A DNA stretch of 64,000 nucleotides from contig JASTWF010000342.1 in the NCBI GenBank assembly GCA_030390025.1, positions 124,001 through 188,000 of the forward strand, given 5' to 3'. The stretch comes from Squalus acanthias (lineage: Eukaryota). A program made the position numbers and the translations under genes. Positions 61,684-64,000 of this stretch are shown piece after piece (position 1 is the first letter of the stretch; each line of letters begins with the position of its first letter). The notes below the pieces were generated by a model. It worked only from the letters and a program-made list of their open reading frames with translations. It was not told the DNA's origin and searched no databases.

Positions 61684-63051
61684 GCGAAGGTAACATCAGT
61701 GTGGCATATCTCAGACAGCAACTTTTGGATTTCCGTGTTTAATCATGCATCTGCCCCCGCTTGAAGTTGCTGTGGTATTTGCATATAAATAATGGCGAGT
61801 GCTATTAGCCTTGCCATTATTTTGACAGCAATTTTTGGGCCATTGTATATTTGTATTGGACTAACAAAGAAACAAGAGTAGTTCCATAGCCTCCTTGTTA
61901 TTTGACCAATAATTGTGCATTATAAAATACTAACAACGGTGGGGGTGGGGCGGGGTTGGAATCTGTGCTGTATTGATAGAACTAGTGAGCTGAATAAAAG
62001 AACTGAGAGTTAAACTGTTAGCCTATATTTTTATTCCTGCTGACTATCTACGCTGCCAGAGGCTTTAATGTAATGTTTGTAAGTCATTCATTACAAAGTC
62101 ACCAGTGCAAGAAAATATCAGGAGATAGCTAGACTCATATATTTGCACTTTATTCCACACACGCTTCTACTGATGGTGATTATAACTGTTAAATGGCTAG
62201 TATTACATTGCTGGGCATTCCTGGTTAAGAAGCTATAGTCCGTTATTGAGTGTTCACAAGGTAAATGAATGATCAGTCATTACCAATCAGAAAATCCTTC
62301 ATTCTTGAAAGCTCAGAAGCATTGCCAAGATGGAACACTTTACAGTTATCAGTTTTTTTGCATTCTATTGATCAGTCATTAAATAAAATAGTGATTGCTT
62401 TATTTTGGGCATGATTTACTTACTTCTTAGTCTTTCTCACCTCAATATAGCTAAGGTTATCATTTCACAAGTGCATGTCATGATGTAAAACATAGAGAAT
62501 CACTGGTATTATAATATAAAGAGAAACACTAAACGTTCTAAGACAAGCTCGATTTTTGATCCACTTTGAACTGGGTTAGAATTGTCAAACTATAAAAGAT
62601 GTCAACAATGTATTATTTATTAACCATGATTTAAAACATTCTGACAAAGTACAGCATTTCATACAAAAACAAAGAAGATGGTAATATCATCAGACAGTTT
62701 TTTATGAACCCACAGGGATGAAATAGGAAAAGGATTTGGACTTCTTCCAACAGAACTCTTCTAAGCTTCATCTGATTCAAATAATAACCTGAGCATGAGT
62801 TCAACCATTCATTGCTGGCTTTCAGCCTGATTGGTGACCTTTCTGAGGATGTGTTTTGGGTTCTAGTCTTCCCCTATGAGTGCTCACAGGCAAATGGACT
62901 GTCTGGCTCATTTCCAGACTGCTGCTTGTTTGATCTATGCCTTGTTGAGTTATCTGCACTGATGCTCTAGTAACCTTTTGTCTGGCACAATTGCTGTCTT
63001 CTCTCTGGCTGGGTTACGGCCTGACTCCTTGGTTCTCTGAATGCACATTTA

Positions 63052-63752
63052 GGTAGTGTCTATCCGTATAACTGCTCTACCGAGACGGGTCCGGTGCAGC
63101 CAGGGTTGGTGGTGGGGTGCGATCCCGCTGCTGGCTCCAGCCCACACTGCAAAATGAATTTTATGTTGCTTGTTAAGCCCGCCCAGTGCGTTTGCCGGCC
63201 AATTGAAGGAAGCGGGTCTGATGATGTCATTTGATGATGCGTCATCAGCCGGTTTCCTTAAAGGGACCACGGCCACATTGATTTTGACAGTTGGGCTGTC
63301 AGTGTTCTACAGCATTGAGGTGCTGCAAACACTGACAATCACTGCACAGAGGTGCACGGCTTCACCCAGGCTCTCCCAGGATTCCCTTCATATGTTTATG
63401 GAGGGAGTCACAGCAAGCAGGGAGGTTCTCTTCCCTTCCCATGGGTGGAAGAGACCTCCCTAGAAGATAAATGCAGCCTGGTTGTACATTGCACAGGAGG
63501 ACACAAGCAGGGATGTTGTTAGGAGGACCTGGCTGCAGTGGCACCAACATTTCAATGATCTCAGTAGATCATGAAAAATTGCTGCAAAGCCACATTGAAC
63601 CTCATCCTGCAGTGCCACTCATCACATCCCCATCACTCTGCCTTCCCTACCCTACTCCTGAATACCTTTACTCACACCAACTTACCTTGCACCTCCACCC
63701 ATCCCTCTCAATCTAAATTATCACTTCCCCAACGCCTAGCCATCCCTCACAC
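63052..63752 (+). mobile_element. Non-autonomous Harbinger derivative (NA-1), interrupted by CR1
   Basis: Myb remnant SPRLSQDSLHMFMEGVTASREVLFPSHGWKRPP; homologous to 4790-5285. Confidence 0.8.
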
Positions 63753-64000
63753 TCATAGAAACACAGAAACATAGAAGATAGGAGCAGGAGTAGGCCATTC
63801 GGCCTGTCGAGCCTGCTCCGCCATTCAATGCGATCATGGCTGATCATCCAAATTCAGTACCCTGACCCTGCTTTCTCCCCATATCCCTTGATCCCCTTAG
63901 CCTTAAGAAATATATCTAACTCGTTCTTGAATATATTTAATGAATTGGACTCAACTGTCTTCTGTGGTAGAGAATTCCACAGGTTCACCACTCTCTGGGT
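63753..64000 (-). mobile_element. Young CR1 3' end, runs off the window
   Basis: Near-identical to 53259-53495. Confidence 0.92.

Overview
Eukaryotic, almost certainly elasmobranch (shark/ray) genomic DNA: it carries HE1-type V-SINEs, a SacSINE1-like DeuSINE and abundant CR1 LINEs. The window is intergenic or intronic and dominated by nested transposable elements. I cannot identify a host protein-coding gene. Main contents: several CR1 LINE fragments; two Penelope-like elements, one intact and very young (892-aa RT + GIY-YIG ORF, 577-bp near-identical pseudo-LTRs), both carrying minimal hammerhead ribozymes; at least four Harbinger transposons (HARBI1-type transposase, in two cases convergent with a spliced Myb/SANT gene) plus many non-autonomous derivatives; three solo LTRs with 4-bp TSDs; an RTE LINE with a twin-priming inversion; and a Tc1/mariner MITE. 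The most unusual observation is a ~3.1-kb single-ORF (EN+RT, no ORF1) CR1-group LINE. Its 5' end is a tRNA-derived Pol III promoter, its sense strand has no TTTT terminator, and an internally deleted version appears 9 kb away as a SINE. This makes it a candidate Pol III-driven protein-coding retrotransposon. All coordinates were read by eye and family names are pattern-based, not database-confirmed.
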